Positions 39,195-49,067 of a DNA stretch of 64,000 nucleotides are shown in pieces. Positions within the stretch are counted from its first letter, which is position 1. Every line of letters starts with the position of its first letter. The notes beneath the pieces were generated by a model. It was given only the letters and a program-made list of their open reading frames with translations, made no database searches and was not told where the DNA came from. The DNA is from Candidatus Poribacteria bacterium (GTDB lineage Bacteria > Poribacteria > WGA-4E > WGA-3G): contig OZ244048.1 of the NCBI GenBank assembly GCA_965215265.1, positions 160,001 through 224,000 of the forward strand, written 5' to 3'. Position numbers and translations under genes: made by a program.

Positions 39195-40430
39195 ATGTCT
39201 AACCGATTAGCCGTTTCGGGTGGTACCCCTGTCCGAAATATGCAGACTCATCCATGGCCTTCATGGCCGTTGAATACCGAAGAAGAGTGGGAATCTAAGA
39301 TTGAACCGCTGCTCCGTGAAGTCTATCTGAGTGGCAACGAGGGCTCTGGGGGAAAAATGATTTCCGCGTTCAGTGTGCAATACGCTCGGTATTCTGGAAC
39401 AAACCATGCTACCTTCATGCCACATGGTACAGATTCGATCAGCGCAGCGTTAGCAGGTGCACTGGATCTTGATGGATTTAGCGATGGTGGTGAAATCATT
39501 GTACCAAACTACACGTTTGTGGCAACAGCCAGTGCTGTCTTGGAACGTCGTTGTACTGTTGCGTTTGTTGATATTGATGAAGATACGTTTACAATTTCGC
39601 CCGAATGTGTAGAGGAGGCAATTCAGCCGGGGCAAACTCGCGCGATTTTGCCCGTTCATCTCGGTGGCCATCCGGCGGATATGGGAGCGTTACAGGACAT
39701 AGCTGAACGATATGACCTTGCAATTATTGAAGATTGTGCACAAGCACACGGGGCAGAATATCAGAGAAAAAAAGTCGGCTCACTAGGAGATGTCGGTGCG
39801 TTTAGTTTCCAATCCTCTAAAAATCTGACGAGTGGTGAAGGTGGCATGGTTACGACTAACGATCAAGATATCCACGATCGGGTTCATGCATTCATGAATG
39901 TCGGGCGGGCACCCGGTGGTGCCAGGTGGGAATACCCGCGTCTCGGCTGGAATTACCGTCCGTCTGAATACCTCGCTGCCATATTACACGTGCGGTTAGA
40001 ATTGCTTGAAACCCAGACAGTTCTCCGCAACCGAAATGCTTCCTATTTATCAAATGCACTGGAGACAACAGATGGGCTCACCTCTCCGAAACTCGCGCCA
40101 TGGGTTACGAAACACGGGTATCACCTCTATTGCCTTAAGTATAATTCTGACGGATTTGGCGGCAGACCGCGTGGCGAATTTATCAGCGCGCTTGCAGCAG
40201 AAGGGATCCCTTGTTCAATTGGGTATCGTTCGCCCCTCTCGCAAGAACCAGGGATGGCACGTGTCGCTGAAAAATATCCACATCTCATCCGGACTTTGTC
40301 GTCACGGCATGCAGAACAGGTGTGCCAGCAAAGCGTATGGCTATTTCAAAACCTCTTCCTCGGTTCAGAGCAAGATATGGATGACATCGTTACTGCCATC
40401 TCCAAAATTCAACATGCATGGAATTCCTAA
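39195..40430 (+). CDS. DegT/DnrJ/EryC1/StrS family aminotransferase (AHBA-synthase-like)
   Basis: 'PNYTFVAT', 'EDCAQAHG', 'FSFQSSKNLTSGEGG', 'GWNYR'. Confidence 0.92.
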   Translation: MSNRLAVSGGTPVRNMQTHPWPSWPLNTEEEWESKIEPLLREVYLSGNEGSGGKMISAFSVQYARYSGTNHATFMPHGTDSISAALAGALDLDGFSDGGEIIVPNYTFVATASAVLERRCTVAFVDIDEDTFTISPECVEEAIQPGQTRAILPVHLGGHPADMGALQDIAERYDLAIIEDCAQAHGAEYQRKKVGSLGDVGAFSFQSSKNLTSGEGGMVTTNDQDIHDRVHAFMNVGRAPGGARWEYPRLGWNYRPSEYLAAILHVRLELLETQTVLRNRNASYLSNALETTDGLTSPKLAPWVTKHGYHLYCLKYNSDGFGGRPRGEFISALAAEGIPCSIGYRSPLSQEPGMARVAEKYPHLIRTLSSRHAEQVCQQSVWLFQNLFLGSEQDMDDIVTAISKIQHAWNS

Positions 40431-40785
40431 ACCACTCCTTGTTTACGACGGTGCGTGCGATTTTTGCCGATATTGGGTTGCCCGGTGGCGGCACGTCACC
40501 AATGACAGGATTCACTACGCCGCTTACCAAGAAGTTGCAGAGTTGTTTCCGCAGATACCGATATCTCTCTTTGAGACTTCTGTTCTGTTGATTTTGTCGG
40601 ACGGGACCATTTTTAGGGGTGCAGCAGCCGTTTTCCATGCGCTTGGAAATCGTTGGTTATGCTGGAGTTACCGAAATCTCCCCGGTTTCGCCCCCTTAGC
40701 TGAGCTTGTCTACCGTTTTATTGCACGGCACCGTCCTCTCTTTTCTGCTTTGACACGCCGTTTTTGGAAAACCAATAATCCTTGA
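40414..40785 (+). CDS. DUF393/DCC1-like thiol-disulfide oxidoreductase
   Basis: 'LVYDGACDFC' (DxxCxxC) and 'VYRFIARHR'. The start overlaps the upstream gene's end. Confidence 0.85.
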   Translation: MHGIPKPLLVYDGACDFCRYWVARWRHVTNDRIHYAAYQEVAELFPQIPISLFETSVLLILSDGTIFRGAAAVFHALGNRWLCWSYRNLPGFAPLAELVYRFIARHRPLFSALTRRFWKTNNP

Positions 40786-40796
40786 AGGAACCTTAT

Positions 40797-41561
40797 ATGC
40801 CGAGCCAATTTTTAACTGTCGCGCTCGAAGCCGCAAAGAATGCACAAGAGATCGTTACCACTTACTATCACAAACGGACGATAAACGTTGAACTAAAAGA
40901 GGACCAAACGCCTGTCACCAGAGCCGATACCGAAGCTGAAAGAATCATTCGCGAAACTATCAAACAGGCATTTCCTAATCACGGTTTCTTAGGGGAAGAA
41001 TATGGCAAAGAAGTCGGTACCTCACCCCACATGTGGATTATAGACCCGATTGATGGGACTAAGAATTACATCCGGAAAATTCCGCTCTTCGGAACGCAAA
41101 TTGCCCTCATGAAAGACGATCGGCTCATCCTCGGTGTTTCCAATGCTCCGCTCTTGGATGAACTGTTCTATGCCGAAGTCGGCGGTGGCGCTTTCTTGAA
41201 CGGTGAACCGGTAACCGTTTCTGACGTAGCAGACCTATCCGATGCCATGATTTGCCACGGCGGCCTAAAATGGTTTACACCGAAAGGCATTTTGCCTAAC
41301 ATGTGCAACCTGATTAACGATAGCAGCCGTTCCCGAGGGTTTGGTGACTTTTATATGTATCACCTCCTTGCTTCCGCGAGAGCTGATGTCGTAGTTGAAT
41401 CCACTATTAGCATTTGGGATATCGCTGCTTTGAGCATTATTGTGCAAGAAGCAGGTGGTCAGGTAAGTGATATACAGGGTGGTCCTATAACAAAATCAAC
41501 TGTGTCTATGATTGCAACCAATGGACATCTCCATCAGGCAGTGCAAAACTATTTTCCTTAA
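40797..41561 (+). CDS. Inositol monophosphatase family protein (HisN-like)
   Basis: 'TPVTRAD', 'GEE', 'WIIDPIDGTKNY', 'WDIAA..IVQEAGG'. Confidence 0.9.
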   Translation: MPSQFLTVALEAAKNAQEIVTTYYHKRTINVELKEDQTPVTRADTEAERIIRETIKQAFPNHGFLGEEYGKEVGTSPHMWIIDPIDGTKNYIRKIPLFGTQIALMKDDRLILGVSNAPLLDELFYAEVGGGAFLNGEPVTVSDVADLSDAMICHGGLKWFTPKGILPNMCNLINDSSRSRGFGDFYMYHLLASARADVVVESTISIWDIAALSIIVQEAGGQVSDIQGGPITKSTVSMIATNGHLHQAVQNYFP

Positions 41562-41672
41562 AATTCTGGCAACACTGAAATTAACATCTTGTTTGTTGTG
41601 TTAATGTCCAAACTTATGCTATACTAATTAATACAGTCTTAAGGCAAAGAGAGAGGAGGTGAGTAAGACAAA

Positions 41673-42353
41673 ATGAACCTTAATTTTCAAGAGGTTGTTG
41701 ACCTGTCTTATGTCGTAGACGAAAATAGTCCACGCGAATTGCCCATTGACCCGGTTAAAATTTACGACCAGGCGACGTTAGAGAAAGATGGTTATTTCGA
41801 GAGCCGTGTGGACATGTCTGGACACTGCTCGACTCATATTGACGCACCATGCTTGATGTACCCTAATGGATATACTGTCGCTGAAATTCCAAAAGAAAAA
41901 CTAACAGGAAACGCTGTGTTGATGGACTTTTCTGCAATTAAGAAACCTAACGATGCAGTTACTGCCGAAGATGTAAAAGCGTGGATAGATCAAAACGGCG
42001 AGATTCCGGAGGGCAGCATTGTCTTTATGAGAACAGGAATGGATCGCTTCGTCTATCAAGACAAGTTCAACCGGCAATGGATTGGTTTCAGCGAGGATGC
42101 CGCCGAGCTGCTTGTCGAAAAGGGTATAAAGGTTATCGGTACAGATGCATGTAGCATTGACTCAGTGGCTGGACATCCGCCGCTGCACGATGGCTTACCT
42201 CCTGCGCATCTTGTCTTTCTGGGTGCCGGCATCCCGCACGTTGAAGATTTGTGTAATCTGAGCCGACTGCCAACGCATTTCTACGTGGTGATTGCTCCCT
42301 TAAAATTGGTGCGAAGTTCCGGCGCACCGACGCGCGTCTTGGCGTTCGTATAG
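41673..42353 (+). CDS. Cyclase family (kynurenine formamidase-like) protein
   Basis: 'HCSTHIDAP', 'IGTDACSID', 'VEDLCNL', 'GAPTRVLA'. Confidence 0.88.
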   Translation: MNLNFQEVVDLSYVVDENSPRELPIDPVKIYDQATLEKDGYFESRVDMSGHCSTHIDAPCLMYPNGYTVAEIPKEKLTGNAVLMDFSAIKKPNDAVTAEDVKAWIDQNGEIPEGSIVFMRTGMDRFVYQDKFNRQWIGFSEDAAELLVEKGIKVIGTDACSIDSVAGHPPLHDGLPPAHLVFLGAGIPHVEDLCNLSRLPTHFYVVIAPLKLVRSSGAPTRVLAFV

Positions 42354-42435
42354 GGAAAGTATACATCGCGATGAGGAGTCCGTTCCCCTATTCTTGTTTA
42401 GGGTACAAGGGGTAGCTTCCTTTCACCGAGTATGA

Positions 42436-43920
42436 GTGATGAGACTGAAAATTCCTGAACCGCTTTCATCGTGCTTGAGAGAAATTGGAGAAGTAGGCGG
42501 AAAAAGTGTGTACCTCGTTGGCGGATTTGTCCGAGACCTACTTCTGAAACGTCCCAGTTTCGACATTGATATTGTTGTGGAAGGCGATGCAATTCTGATA
42601 GCAGAAGTTATGTGTGAGCGGTGGAATGGAACTTTGCACGTTCATCGGCAATTCGGAACAGCAACCGTTACATCTGAAAATCCAAACTATCCCAAAGTTG
42701 ATTTCGTTACAGCACGCCGTGAAACTTATCAACGCTCAGGAACGTTACCTATAGTGAAACCAGCAACTATCATCGACGACTTGCAGCGTAGGGATTTTTC
42801 AATTAACGCTTTAGGGATACAGTTAGGTGGAGAAGGATTTGGAACTCTCATTGACGAAACGTGTGGCTTAGCTGATCTGAAAAACGGTATCATTCGGGTT
42901 CTCCACGCCCGGAGTTTCTTGGACGATCCAACCCGTATCTTCCGTGCTTTACGATATGCAGGCAGATACGGCTTTAAAATTGCTGATGACGATGAGCTCC
43001 GTATGCAAGAGGCACTTCCGGGGCTGGTAGAGCTTAGCGGCGAACGCATCCGGAATGAAATCAACAGAGTGCTGGAGGAGGAGAATGCTCCCGAAATTAT
43101 CCAACAGTTGGCACAACTTGGCATCTTTGAAACAATTTTCGATGGTTGGAAAATAAGCCCAATGTTTACACGCCGATTTGAGCATACACAGCAGGCATTC
43201 GTGTGGGCATTAGAACATCTCGGAGATGAACTATTTCTCCGTGAGCGCGTTCGGTGGATGGCTCTCTTCGGCAAGGAACTTCCGGTGTATCAGATCGAGG
43301 CGATTAGCTTCAGGTTGGTATTAGAACATCAACTTCGGCGAGTCATCAGCCGTTCCCACGCATCTCAGCACGGTGCCTCCCTTGAAATCACGCAAGCAAT
43401 GAATTGCCAGATTTCACACCGAGAATCCTTATGGAACGCTTTGGAAAAACTCGGCCTTTCGATAGCCCAAGATGCCGCAGTCAAAAATCAAAATGGGCAA
43501 TGGGTAATAGTAGATACCCAAAATAGGAAAACCTACGTCTGTGGAGATGGAAATCTTTATCTAGTCGAAACGCCTCTAACGGCCTATCGGCAGCTGGTAG
43601 ACGCACTTAGGCAATTAACGCCGGCGGCAAAACCCAGTGAAGTTTACCAATTGCTAAAGACTTACCCGGTGGAAGCATTGGTTTTAACGCATCAAAATCG
43701 CAGTGTACCGCATCTGCAACGGAAACAGATAGTAAATTATCTCCTGACGCTGCGGAAAATCCCTTCTCTTGTCACAGGACGAGATCTGATTGATTGGGGG
43801 GAAAAGCCAGGGAATTCTTTTGAACTGCTACTTCAAAGATTATTCGCTGCACAATTAGATGGAAAATTTACAACAAAGTCGGAGGCATATTCCCTTCTCG
43901 AAAAAATGAAAAAAGAGTAA
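42436..43920 (+). CDS. Class II tRNA nucleotidyltransferase, A-adding-like
   Basis: 'VGGFVRDLLL..DIDIVV', flexible loop present ('DFVTARRETYQRSGTLP'), 'DDLQRRDFSINAL', 'SFLDDPTRIFRALRY', 'SGERI'. Confidence 0.85.
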   Translation: MMRLKIPEPLSSCLREIGEVGGKSVYLVGGFVRDLLLKRPSFDIDIVVEGDAILIAEVMCERWNGTLHVHRQFGTATVTSENPNYPKVDFVTARRETYQRSGTLPIVKPATIIDDLQRRDFSINALGIQLGGEGFGTLIDETCGLADLKNGIIRVLHARSFLDDPTRIFRALRYAGRYGFKIADDDELRMQEALPGLVELSGERIRNEINRVLEEENAPEIIQQLAQLGIFETIFDGWKISPMFTRRFEHTQQAFVWALEHLGDELFLRERVRWMALFGKELPVYQIEAISFRLVLEHQLRRVISRSHASQHGASLEITQAMNCQISHRESLWNALEKLGLSIAQDAAVKNQNGQWVIVDTQNRKTYVCGDGNLYLVETPLTAYRQLVDALRQLTPAAKPSEVYQLLKTYPVEALVLTHQNRSVPHLQRKQIVNYLLTLRKIPSLVTGRDLIDWGEKPGNSFELLLQRLFAAQLDGKFTTKSEAYSLLEKMKKE

Positions 43921-44018
43921 TCGCGTTCACAGACTCGTCTCCACAAAACACTCAGGAAATTCAAGTAGCAATTGCAATCTGTGCGATATAATCAAACATT
44001 GTAGAAATAAGATAAACC

Positions 44019-44702
44019 ATGCCTAATTTTAACCCTTTTGAAGCTATTCTTGTTATTACCCAATTCATCATTTTACTAACCTTTCATGAGTGGGGGCATG
44101 CTAAATCTGCCTATATGTTGGGCGATTCGACGGCTCGCGATATGGGACGCATGTCGTTCAATCCAGCCGTGCACATCGACCCGATTGGAACGTTGTTACT
44201 ACCGTTGTTGGGGACACTATTTGGAGGTGCGTTTATTGGCTGGGCGAAACCGGTACCAGTTAACCCTTTTAACCTTAGAAACCCACGAAAAGATTTGATG
44301 CTAATTGCGGCAGCAGGCCCTTTCATGAACATCGTCTTGACTTTCGTGGTTTTGGGAACCCTTAAATTGTTAGAAGTTTCTCTAGATTTTCCGGCCAGAG
44401 GTTCCGAGCTTCAAAGTGAAATTGGTAGACAATTGACTAGGACTGGACGTATTAGTGTATTTTTAGCGGCATTTAACATGCTCCCGCTTTTCCCCTTAGA
44501 TGGATTTAGCGTTTTGAACGGACTACTTCCGGATCGAGCTTCACAGTATTGGGAAAGACTTAGTCCTTACGGTATGCCGATTTTGATGTGTCTTATTTTT
44601 CTACCTTTGCTCATCGGAATCCCGAATCCAGTATTTGGGTTTTTGTCTGATATTAGTGACGGAACGTTTAATCTGATTGCTAAAATCGTGGGGTGGCGTT
44701 AA
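44019..44702 (+). CDS. Site-2 protease family (M50) membrane metalloprotease
   Basis: 'HEWGH', 'GWAKPVPVNP', 'AGPFMN', 'FNMLPLFPLDG'. Confidence 0.93.
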   Translation: MPNFNPFEAILVITQFIILLTFHEWGHAKSAYMLGDSTARDMGRMSFNPAVHIDPIGTLLLPLLGTLFGGAFIGWAKPVPVNPFNLRNPRKDLMLIAAAGPFMNIVLTFVVLGTLKLLEVSLDFPARGSELQSEIGRQLTRTGRISVFLAAFNMLPLFPLDGFSVLNGLLPDRASQYWERLSPYGMPILMCLIFLPLLIGIPNPVFGFLSDISDGTFNLIAKIVGWR

Positions 44703-44741
44703 AAAGCGGACTTCGCAATATGTGAAAACTATACGCTAAAT

Positions 44742-45497
44742 ATGTTAGTAGACGTAACACAAACTCTTGCACAGACAACTCCGATCTATTCTGTCAAATT
44801 GGAAGGATTTGAGGGACCGCTGGACCTGCTTCTCCATCTAATTCAGAAAGAGGAAATGGGTATTCACGACATCCAGCTTGCCCAGATTACCGACCGGTAT
44901 CTGGAATATGTGAATCTCATGGAGCAGTTAGATCTTGATGTAGCCTCCGAATTTTTAGTGATGGCAGCGACGCTCCTCCATCTTAAATCGCAGAGCATCC
45001 TCCCCAAAATCATCGCGGATTCAGATTATCCAATCGGTGACAGAGCACAACTAGTGCAGCAGCTGCTAGAGTACAAGCAGTTTAAAGAGGCCTCGCAAGT
45101 TTTAGAAATCTATAGAGAGCATCGCACTGAGGTATACAGCAGACATCCTGAGCTGCATGCAGAATTGGATGACTGTAAGCAGTTTGAGATTAAAGCGACA
45201 CTGTTTAACCTTCTTACAGCTTTTAAAGATGTAAATAATCGGTTTGCTTTTGCTGAACCGGAAGAGGTTTATGAAACAGTCGAAGAAGAAACAATTACTG
45301 TTGAGGACAAGATTGCTTTTATTGAAGGGCAATTGGCAAGTACAGATCAGCTTCTTTTTGACGAGTTGTTTCCGTTATCTGCTGACACTACGGAGCGTAT
45401 TGTCACATTCCTTGCCGTTTTAGAACTGGTTCGGGTAGGAACGATTGTTACTGTCCAAACTGGCCATTTTGAAAGTATATACATCGTTAAACGGTAG
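44742..45497 (+). CDS. scpA: Segregation and condensation protein A
   Basis: 'FEGPLDLLLHLI', 'SEFLVMAATLL', 'TFLAVLEL'. Confidence 0.95.
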   Translation: MLVDVTQTLAQTTPIYSVKLEGFEGPLDLLLHLIQKEEMGIHDIQLAQITDRYLEYVNLMEQLDLDVASEFLVMAATLLHLKSQSILPKIIADSDYPIGDRAQLVQQLLEYKQFKEASQVLEIYREHRTEVYSRHPELHAELDDCKQFEIKATLFNLLTAFKDVNNRFAFAEPEEVYETVEEETITVEDKIAFIEGQLASTDQLLFDELFPLSADTTERIVTFLAVLELVRVGTIVTVQTGHFESIYIVKR

Positions 45498-45627
45498 AAA
45501 GGATTGCTTCAGTCGGTAGGAACTATTGCATCAAACACGATGCATGTGGAGATGGTGCGCTGCAACAGAGATGTACGTGTTGAAAACAGAATGATTCTAT
45601 ATTTAGTTCTAAATAGGAAATTTGCTT

Positions 45628-46386
45628 ATGGATTCTGAAAACATCACAGGTCAAATGCCAATAGACAACCAACCCAGGGTTTCCCTATCTTCTAAGTCCA
45701 TCTTGGAGGCGATTCTGTTTGCGGCGAGTGAACCGATTTCCGTGAAGCAGTTTCGACATGCCCTTCCGGGACTCTCGACACGTGCTATACGGAAAGGGCT
45801 CGCAGAACTTCGTGAAGACTACCGAGAATTGAACCGCAGTTTCCGTCTCCTTGAAATCGCGAACGGGTACCAAATTTGCACCTGCCCTGAGTACTCGGAG
45901 TGGATCCAGAAGTTTTATACCCGGCAGATTAACGTCACGTTATCGCCATCGGCATTAGAAACGCTGGCAATCGTAGCATATAAACAACCTGTCACGCGTG
46001 CTGAAGTTGCCGAAATCCGTGGCGTTAACAGCGATAGCGTCCTCAATTCGCTTGTTGAGAAAGGACTCACTTACATCGCCGGTAGAAAAGAGGGAGCGGG
46101 CCGGTCTTTACTCTTTTCCACGACAGACGCGTTTCTTGAACAATTCGGACTGAAAGATGTCTCGGAATTACCTTCCTTGGAAGAAATTGAGCAACTGCTT
46201 AAAACCTCAAACGGCACAGAACATGCCCAAACCGGGGCAGAACTTTCAGCAAATACAGAATTGTCGACAGAAGAAACCGCTGCTTCTGAGGAAAAAGCAT
46301 TAGAACAAGAGATTGCATTGAGTGAAGTGGATGCCTCGGAATCTACAGAAGGAACTACCGATGCGGAACAGGAGCGTGGTAAATAA
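45628..46386 (+). CDS. scpB: Segregation and condensation protein B with acidic C-terminal tail
   Basis: 'LEAILFA', '[22 protein letters not shown]', 'FL..FGL....LP'. Confidence 0.95.
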   Translation: MDSENITGQMPIDNQPRVSLSSKSILEAILFAASEPISVKQFRHALPGLSTRAIRKGLAELREDYRELNRSFRLLEIANGYQICTCPEYSEWIQKFYTRQINVTLSPSALETLAIVAYKQPVTRAEVAEIRGVNSDSVLNSLVEKGLTYIAGRKEGAGRSLLFSTTDAFLEQFGLKDVSELPSLEEIEQLLKTSNGTEHAQTGAELSANTELSTEETAASEEKALEQEIALSEVDASESTEGTTDAEQERGK

Positions 46387-47714
46387 TGGACTACAATGCA
46401 TGGTTCCAGTGCAGTGAAGGCTGCAATGAATCCTATCCGCTCACCGAAATTGTCTACCGGTGTAAACGTTGTAATGGGCTGTTAGAAGTCAGACACGATA
46501 TTGACAAGTTAAAGCATCGCCAAGCTAAGGAGTGGAAATCCCTCTTTGAAGAACGTTATATGCGAACGAAATATCCCTACGGCAGCGGTGTGTGGGGGAA
46601 AAAGGAACTCGTCTGTCCAACCATTGATAACGAGAACATTGTTTCTATGTATGAAGGTGGGACGAATCTATTTTGGGCGGAACGTTTTGGCGAACAACTT
46701 GGAGTCACCGATTTGTGGATAAAACAGTGTGGAAACAGCCACACCGGTTCATTCAAAGATCTGGGGATGACGGTGCTTGTTTCAATGGTGAAACAAATTA
46801 TTGCAGAGGGTAAAGATATCCGTGCTGTTATGTGTGCTTCAACAGGGGATACTTCTGCTGCCTTGGCGGCGTATGCTTCCGCTGCGGGCATTCCGGCTAT
46901 CATTCTCTTACCGCAGGCGAAGGTCACGCGTGAACAGTTGATTCAGCCCATTGCAAATGGGGCCTTGACGTTTTCTCTGGAAACCGATTTTGATGGGTGT
47001 ATGGAGATTGTCCAAAAACTCGCGGCCCGGGAAGATTTCTATCTTGCAAATTCGATTAATTCAGTCCGTATTGAAGGGCAGAAAACTATCAGCATTGAGA
47101 TAGTCCAGCAGTTTGATTGGGAAGTTCCGGATTGGATTATTATTCCGGGTGGGAACCTCGGTAATGTGTCAGCACTTGGGCTCGGTTTTTTAATAATGCA
47201 GGAGTTGGGTATCATCAATAAACTTCCGCGGATCGCCTGTGCACAGGCGGAGAGGGCGAATCCGCTTTACCGGAGTTACGAAACTGGGTTTACAGAGTTT
47301 CGCTCGATCAGTGCGCAACCGACCCAAGCAACAGCCATTCAGATTGGGAATCCAGTTTCTATCCATCGTGCTATCCGGACTTTGAAGCGCTTTGACGGCA
47401 TCGTAGACCAGGCAAATGAAGAGGAATTAGCGGATGCTGCTGCCAGAGCTGACCGGACAGGACTCTTCAATTGTCCGCATACTGGTGTCGCTTTAGCTGT
47501 CCTCATCAAAATGGTTAAGCGGAAACAGATCTGCCCTGATGAACGGGTCATCGTTATTTCTACTGCGAATGGACTCAAATTCCCCGATTTCAAGGTAGGG
47601 TATCATCATGTTTCCCCCGGCGAACCCCCGCCGCGTTACCTTAACGTGCCCATTGAGTTGCAAGCGGACTATGATACCGTTATCAGGGAGATTGCCACTC
47701 ACCTTGATGATTAG
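46386..47714 (+). CDS. thrC: Threonine synthase
   Basis: N-terminal Cys ribbon, PLP lysine 'TGSFKDLGM', 'CASTGDTSA', 'EGQKT', 'PGGNLGN'. Confidence 0.93.
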   Translation: MDYNAWFQCSEGCNESYPLTEIVYRCKRCNGLLEVRHDIDKLKHRQAKEWKSLFEERYMRTKYPYGSGVWGKKELVCPTIDNENIVSMYEGGTNLFWAERFGEQLGVTDLWIKQCGNSHTGSFKDLGMTVLVSMVKQIIAEGKDIRAVMCASTGDTSAALAAYASAAGIPAIILLPQAKVTREQLIQPIANGALTFSLETDFDGCMEIVQKLAAREDFYLANSINSVRIEGQKTISIEIVQQFDWEVPDWIIIPGGNLGNVSALGLGFLIMQELGIINKLPRIACAQAERANPLYRSYETGFTEFRSISAQPTQATAIQIGNPVSIHRAIRTLKRFDGIVDQANEEELADAAARADRTGLFNCPHTGVALAVLIKMVKRKQICPDERVIVISTANGLKFPDFKVGYHHVSPGEPPPRYLNVPIELQADYDTVIREIATHLDD

Positions 47715-47849
47715 GAATTTAAGTGTTTGCAGTAGGTATGTAACATGCTTTTACCATGCCCTGCTGTCCGAAATTAAGATAAAATTACAATAAATATCGA
47801 AAATATGCTATAATAAACCTTGATGATTAGAATCAATAGGAGGAGATGA

Positions 47850-49019
47850 ATGCCAGAATTGTATCAGCCTATGTCTGAACATAGGTTTACCTTTGGATTG
47901 TGGACTGTTGGAAATCCCGGCCGGGATCCTTTCGGGGACGTAGTCAGGCCGCCGCTTAAACCTACCTATACCGTCGAGAACTTAAGCAAATTAGGGGCTT
48001 ATGGTGTCAATTTACACGACAATGACTTAGTTCCTTTTGATGCTTCTCCTGCCGAACGCGATCAGATTGTTAAAGAATTCAAGCAGGCGTTGGATGACTA
48101 CGGCATGAAGGTGCCGATGGCAACAACTAACCTCTTTTATCATCCGATTTTTAAAGATGGAGCGTTTACCGCGAATGATCCGAAGGTGCGTGCATTTGCC
48201 ATCCAAAAAACGCTCAATGCCATTGATCTCGGTGTAGAACTTGGTGCGCAGACTTATGTTTTTTGGGGTGGACGTGAAGGTGCAGAAGTTGATGCTGCCA
48301 AAAATGGTCCTGATACGATTAAGTGGAATCGCGAGGCGATGAACTTTTTCACACACTACGTCAGGGACCAAGGCTATAATCTCCGCTTCGCGTTAGAGGC
48401 AAAGCCTAATGAACCGCGCGGCGATATCTACCTACCTACGACCGGACATATGCTCCACTTTATTGAGACGCTCGACCATCCGGAAATGGTTGGCGTTAAC
48501 CCGGAATTCGCACACGAGACGATGGCCGGGTTAAGCTTCCTCCATGGCGTTGCACAAGCTTATGAAGCTGGAAAACTGTTCCATATAGATTTGAATGATC
48601 AGAAGATGAGCCGGTTTGACCAAGATTTACGTTTCGGGTCGGAAAACATCAAGGGCGCGTTCTTCCTCGTCAAATTCCTTGAAGATGTCGAATGGACTGG
48701 CTGCCGTCACTTTGACGCACACGCCTATCGCACCGAAGACGAAGAAGGCGTCTGGGACTTCGCCGCCGGATGTATGCGTAGCTATCTTATTTTGAAAGAG
48801 AAGGCACGCAGATTCAACGAAGATGCCGAAATTCAGGACATTCTGGCGGAATTACAAGCGCGCGATGAAAAACTAGAATCGTTGATCAGTACCTATAATG
48901 CCGAAAACGTTGGAAAACTGAGGAAAATTGATTTCAAGCCCGATGAACTCGCACAGAAAGGACTCGGTTACGAGAAACTTGATCAGCTCACCTTTGAGAT
49001 TTTGACCGGTGTTAGGTAA
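47850..49019 (+). CDS. xylA: Xylose isomerase (short, class I type)
   Basis: 'FTFGLWTVG', 'WGGREG', '[10 protein letters not shown]', 'NPEFAHE', 'KLFHIDLN', 'FDQDL', 'HFD'. Confidence 0.95.
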   Translation: MPELYQPMSEHRFTFGLWTVGNPGRDPFGDVVRPPLKPTYTVENLSKLGAYGVNLHDNDLVPFDASPAERDQIVKEFKQALDDYGMKVPMATTNLFYHPIFKDGAFTANDPKVRAFAIQKTLNAIDLGVELGAQTYVFWGGREGAEVDAAKNGPDTIKWNREAMNFFTHYVRDQGYNLRFALEAKPNEPRGDIYLPTTGHMLHFIETLDHPEMVGVNPEFAHETMAGLSFLHGVAQAYEAGKLFHIDLNDQKMSRFDQDLRFGSENIKGAFFLVKFLEDVEWTGCRHFDAHAYRTEDEEGVWDFAAGCMRSYLILKEKARRFNEDAEIQDILAELQARDEKLESLISTYNAENVGKLRKIDFKPDELAQKGLGYEKLDQLTFEILTGVR

Positions 49020-49067
49020 TATAGCACAGTCTATAAGGCTATCTTAAGAAAACTCGGAGTTTTGCTT

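Noticed and set aside
40006-40413. Long N-terminal extension of the DUF393 ORF
   Set aside because: It overlaps the aminotransferase in another frame. Recognisable sequence starts only at the ATG at 40414.
42436-43920. Poly(A) polymerase (pcnB) assignment for either nucleotidyltransferase
   Set aside because: The [LIV][LIV]G[RK][RK]F signature is absent from both proteins.
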